This document shows positions 59,983 through 64,000 of a stretch of DNA of 64,000 bases, in pieces. A program made the position numbers and the translations under genes. The notes below the pieces were generated by a model, which was not told where the DNA came from, made no database searches, and saw only the letters and a program-made list of their open reading frames with translations. The number at the start of each line of letters is the position of its first letter. Positions within the stretch are counted from its first letter, which is position 1. Source of the stretch: Cladosporium halotolerans (lineage: Eukaryota); NCBI RefSeq assembly GCF_011745625.1, contig NW_027191459.1:124001-188000 (forward strand). The letters run 5' to 3'.

Positions 59983-60631
59983 TCAACTCATCTTCGCGTT
60001 CGAAAAGTCCATCTCGGGATGCTGCGCCTGAAACTTCCGCATAATCTCCGCCTTTTTCTCCTCGTCGCTCGTCGGCTTGCCCGCCTCCTTCTGCCTTTGG
60101 TCATACATCATCTTCTCGACCATGCCGCGCGTCTCGCCGTCCAGGTCGCTGAGCTTGCTGTTCTCCGGCGAGATCTTGGTGACGTCGATGCGCGGCGCGG
60201 ACGTCACGACGTGCTCCCACCACTCCATGGCGTTGGCCTTGGCCAGCTGGATGCTGAGCTCCTTGCCGCCAGTGGGCTGCGTGTCGAGCGTCCAGGTCGA
60301 GTCGTCGAGGAGGATGGGGTGCGGGAATGTGCCCTGGTTTTCCGCTCGCTTTAGCAGGAATTCTGGCTGATGCTCTAGAGCCGCTCAACAGACTCACCTC
60401 GATAATCGGCTCCTGCCCTTTAATCCCCGCCTTCAGGCTGTTCTTCGCGATCTTGACATCGAGATCTTTACCCTTGAAGTTGGCCGGGATCTGCGCCGTG
60501 ACTTCCAGGTCGGCGATCGTTTGCGTCCATTTGTACGGTAGCTTGCTCTGCTCCTCGAGCTCTTTGGCTTTGGCGTCTTTGTCGATGCGCTCGCGCTCCG
60601 AGGGAGTCGGGGAGGCTGCTCGGTCGGCCAT
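59983..60631 (-). CDS. nudC: Nuclear distribution protein NudC (CS domain co-chaperone), 1 intron
   Basis: [50 protein letters not shown] and [10 protein letters not shown]. Confidence 0.96.
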
Positions 60632-61197
60632 TATTGTGTGCGGTGGTGGGAGGGTGTTTGGGTTGCGAGATGCGGAAAGTGTCCCGCGTTTGGTGGTGGT
60701 CGCGGGCAAGGTGGGCTGGTGGGGTCGTCCGGGTGGTTGTGGGAGCGGAGTGTTTGTGACTTTCCTGTTCTGGACGTGTGCATTTGGTACCCTTTATCTT
60801 TGTAAGAATATTGTTTGAATGCGCAAGTTTACATCAATTGTCGACCTGGCCATGGAAAAAATCGAACGATTCCTTATTGACGCGCATCCCGAACCAAAAG
60901 AAGTAGCTGCACACGAATGAACCAGCACAAAATTGATTCGCCAAACAGAAAACGATAACTTGAACAAGACTGGTTTCTCGAATGTACATAGATCTCCTCC
61001 ACGGGGTATATTGCTAGTCTGCTCCCAAAGCAAAAACAGATGAAAAGTGAATTACCACCAGCCGACCAGCGGCAAACTTTTCTCCAGGCATCATTCTCCG
61101 CCTCATCGTGATCAACATTATCCGTGGGAGTCCTGCCCACGGTACTTCATATTACTAGTGTTTCTCTATCGATTGGACTGAGCCAATGACACCGGCA

Positions 61198-62879
61198 TCA
61201 ACCAAAGAAGAACGTGCCGCCCTTGCGCTTGTCCTTCCTCGCCGTCATTGCAGGTTCAGAATCGTCGGACATGATCGACATGGGCGTAGGCGGCGGCAGG
61301 GGCTCGGTCGTGTTCTGCGACACGGGAATCGGCTGCGGTGAGCTCGGTGGCAGAGCAGCTGGCACGTTCCGCCGTGTCGACGCCATCACGTCCAAGGACC
61401 GAGGCGTGACGTCGTCTCCGCGACGCGTGGGCATCAGGGGCTGATGGCGCGGACGATGTGGGAGCTGGCCCGGCGGCGGAGCGTAAGGAAGGTGCCTGTC
61501 CTTGCGCGCGTCGCTTGTGCAAGACACTTTGAAGCCCGTCTCTTTCTGGATCTCGAGTCTGTCCCTCTGAGGGTTGTAGAGCGCCTGTGCGAATTCGCGC
61601 GGGTCTTGCTTCGGGCCCTTTTCATGATCGATCAACTGGCCTGTATGAGGGTGGTGATGGCCGGCAGGAGGGAGCTGGGCGATGGCTTGTTCAAGCACGA
61701 CTGTGTCTCGCAGTCCTTTGCGGGGAGCACTCTTCTCGGAGCCCATGTTGTTAAGTGCATAATGGCCACGATTTGAGCCGCCATACGCGCTGTCTACGGC
61801 CGGGTCCTGCGAGGAAAGTTGTACACCGCGGGTCCTCGAGCCCCGGTGTGAGGTCGTCCAGTGGGTGTATACGTCGTTAGTCCAACGACGGAACGGTTTC
61901 CACAAAACGGTCTTCATCGCGGGAACGCAAGCGGAGATCTAAAAATCCGTTAGCTCATTGTCTTGTGACCCAGGTTTGCATTATCTTTGTAACTCACCAC
62001 AGCAATGTCGATCTCCAGAGCTGCGGAGATCCAGAGAGGATATGTGAACCACGACTCATCGTATGTGGCTATCAAACTTTTCCAGATGAAGTAAGTTCGA
62101 ACCACTCCAGCGATCGTGACGACGATGCCGGCAGAAAGCAGGAAGCAAACGCCGATGCGCTGTCTCAACGGCATTCGAAGACTCAACACGACCGGAATGG
62201 GCAGAACGGTGCACAACAGGTCTGCAACACAGTTGACGACGCCTGCTGTCAGTGTGCTCACTCCTTCGTCCATGCATCTACCGTCAATGACGTTCGGAAA
62301 CTGCCAGTATGCTTGGACTGGTCTAGATCGGATTGGTCAGACAATGTAAGCTCTATGAGTAGGTGCCGGATCTTAGACTTACACACATGCGAAGGTGCTC
62401 AAGAATACAAAAGTTATGCACACGGCTATGTTGAAGGCGAGACTGAAGTGGAGAGCATAAAGATACCCGCGAATGTTCGTGTCCTTGATGAGGCGGTAGT
62501 AGAGGAATATCAGCGACAATCTTGTAAAGCTCGCTGCGAACGTGAACATGATCTTGGCGGAGTAGGCGATGATGTTGGCGTTTTGTATCATGTCTGCCGG
62601 GACATCCCATGTGTGTCTGTTCCAGCCGTATTGCCGGTTCGCCAGCAGCACAACAGCAGTCATGCCGACGGTAAAGACGTACGCCAGGACGATCATTGCA
62701 TCGTCAATGCCACCTTGGCACTTGATGACAATCCGGGAGTACAGCCGCACGATGACCGAAAGGGTGACCAGGATGATAAAGACGATGTTGACGGCGAGCA
62801 GAGCGCCTCCTCGTGTCTCAGGGTTTTCATAGTTCGGAGCAGGCCAGTCCAAGTAGACCTTGAGGGGGATCTCTCTCAT
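61198..62879 (-). CDS. PTH11-like integral membrane protein (fungal rhodopsin domain, no CFEM), 2 introns
   Basis: WPAPNYENPETRG, RLYSR..GIDD, YGWNRHTWDV, LYYRL, FAC|RP, DLLCTVLPIP..LRMPLRQR and LEIDIAV|ISACVPAMK. Confidence 0.9.
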
Positions 62880-64000
62880 CGTGTCGAGCAATGGCAGTCC
62901 TGGCCGGCCAGATAGTATCGCGAGTAAGAGTGAGGCGAACCAGACTCTCCAGAGGTCTGCAACGGTGGACAGCGGCGTTTATCCCGGGTCCCTGCCACCG
63001 CAGTGACTATCGTTTGCGTGCTGCAGTCGATGGGCTCGGTGATTGACGCTCAAGAACACAGGTCCTGAACGCAAAGGCAAACATGGATGGGAGGAACGTC
63101 GGGCCAAAGAGGATGCAGTAATGCGACAGTCGCGGCATGTGGAATGAATCGCTTATAATAGAACGCTTGGATGCCCATGATGCGGCGATGGCACAGTTGC
63201 CCGTTGACGGGCTGAGGCGCGCGCTATGGCGAAGACCCAGCGACCCGTCGCACATCACACGCTAAGATCGGATTGCGCGTCCTAGCACTCGCAGCCAGTA
63301 CCACCTGGGTAAGAAGATGAGGAGGTTGGTCAGGTAGATGTTTGGTACTTCAGACGCGATTGACTTCGACGTTATGCTGATCGATGCCGCGGCGGTTCGA
63401 AAAGATGCTGTATCCAGAAAGGAACGTAGTCGACATCACTCCAGTCACGGTATGCATGCGTGCCGACAACCGCATCAGCAGTGGTTGGCCTACGGCCGGA
63501 TGTGGCTCCATCGCCGCAGGGGTCCACCTCGTCAGGACGTTTCAAGGGCGTATGAGTCGTGGAGACGGTCCGCGGAGGGTCAGGTGAAGTAAATCAGCGA
63601 CAGGCCCACAGCTGAGGCAGTAGTCAGCGAGACGTGCAGAGCCTGGCCCTGGCGCCAGGACAGTCGATAGCGTGGACGTCGCACGAGGCTGACGCCGGCG
63701 TGCCTAGTGCCGCCCGTTGGGGCAAGAAGACGGCCGGCAGGGAGGACCGGGAGGATCGCGTCTCGTATGTGAGGCTCAGCGAGTGCGCAGTCTGATACTT
63801 GCCGTGGCAGTCGTGCGCAGATGCCGTGCGCTACTGTAGATGAGATGCGAGAGGAACCGGGTCACGGGGTGGTGGGAATGCGAGCCCTCACTCCTTCTTT
63901 CCGGAGGATCAGCACCAGGGACGCACGATGATCTGCCGGGCCGTGCCTCGTTCTCCACCACCACACCTACCGACGAGGATTTGTAAGGCTGCGCAATTGT

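Noticed and set aside
62900..64000. Short ORFs upstream of the PTH11-like gene
   Set aside because: No motifs or coherent exon structure; probably regulatory sequence.

Overview
Gene-dense window from a filamentous ascomycete (short introns with CTRAC/GCTAAC branch points; codon usage resembles Dothideomycetes, which is an inference). It holds about 27 protein-coding loci: the 3' end of PKC1, a GH28 exo-polygalacturonase, an amino acid permease, KCS1, CTNNBL1, DAD3, a copper amine oxidase/APC permease/aldehyde dehydrogenase trio, VPS15, a CorA-like locus, a sugar porter, a WD40 protein, RCF1, ILV1, a glutaminyl cyclase, a flavin monooxygenase, a frameshifted lysozyme-like gene, LYS12, a DUF1769-like protein, nudC, a PTH11-like protein and several hypotheticals. 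The most striking feature lies between two convergent genes at 48458-48813: a ~305-nt minus-strand element made of two ~128-nt near-identical domains. Each domain has its own unrelated closing helix and a B-box-like motif. The substitutions between copies keep base pairing (through G-U) only on the minus strand, and a long T-run follows. I read it as a candidate two-domain structured, possibly Pol III-transcribed, ncRNA that I cannot assign to a known family. Other points of note are a likely peroxisomal amine-catabolism mini-cluster, a GC-AG intron in DAD3, a sugar-porter intron lacking its AG acceptor, and a WD40 protein with NEDD1-like architecture. All calls were made by eye; no searches or folding programs were run.
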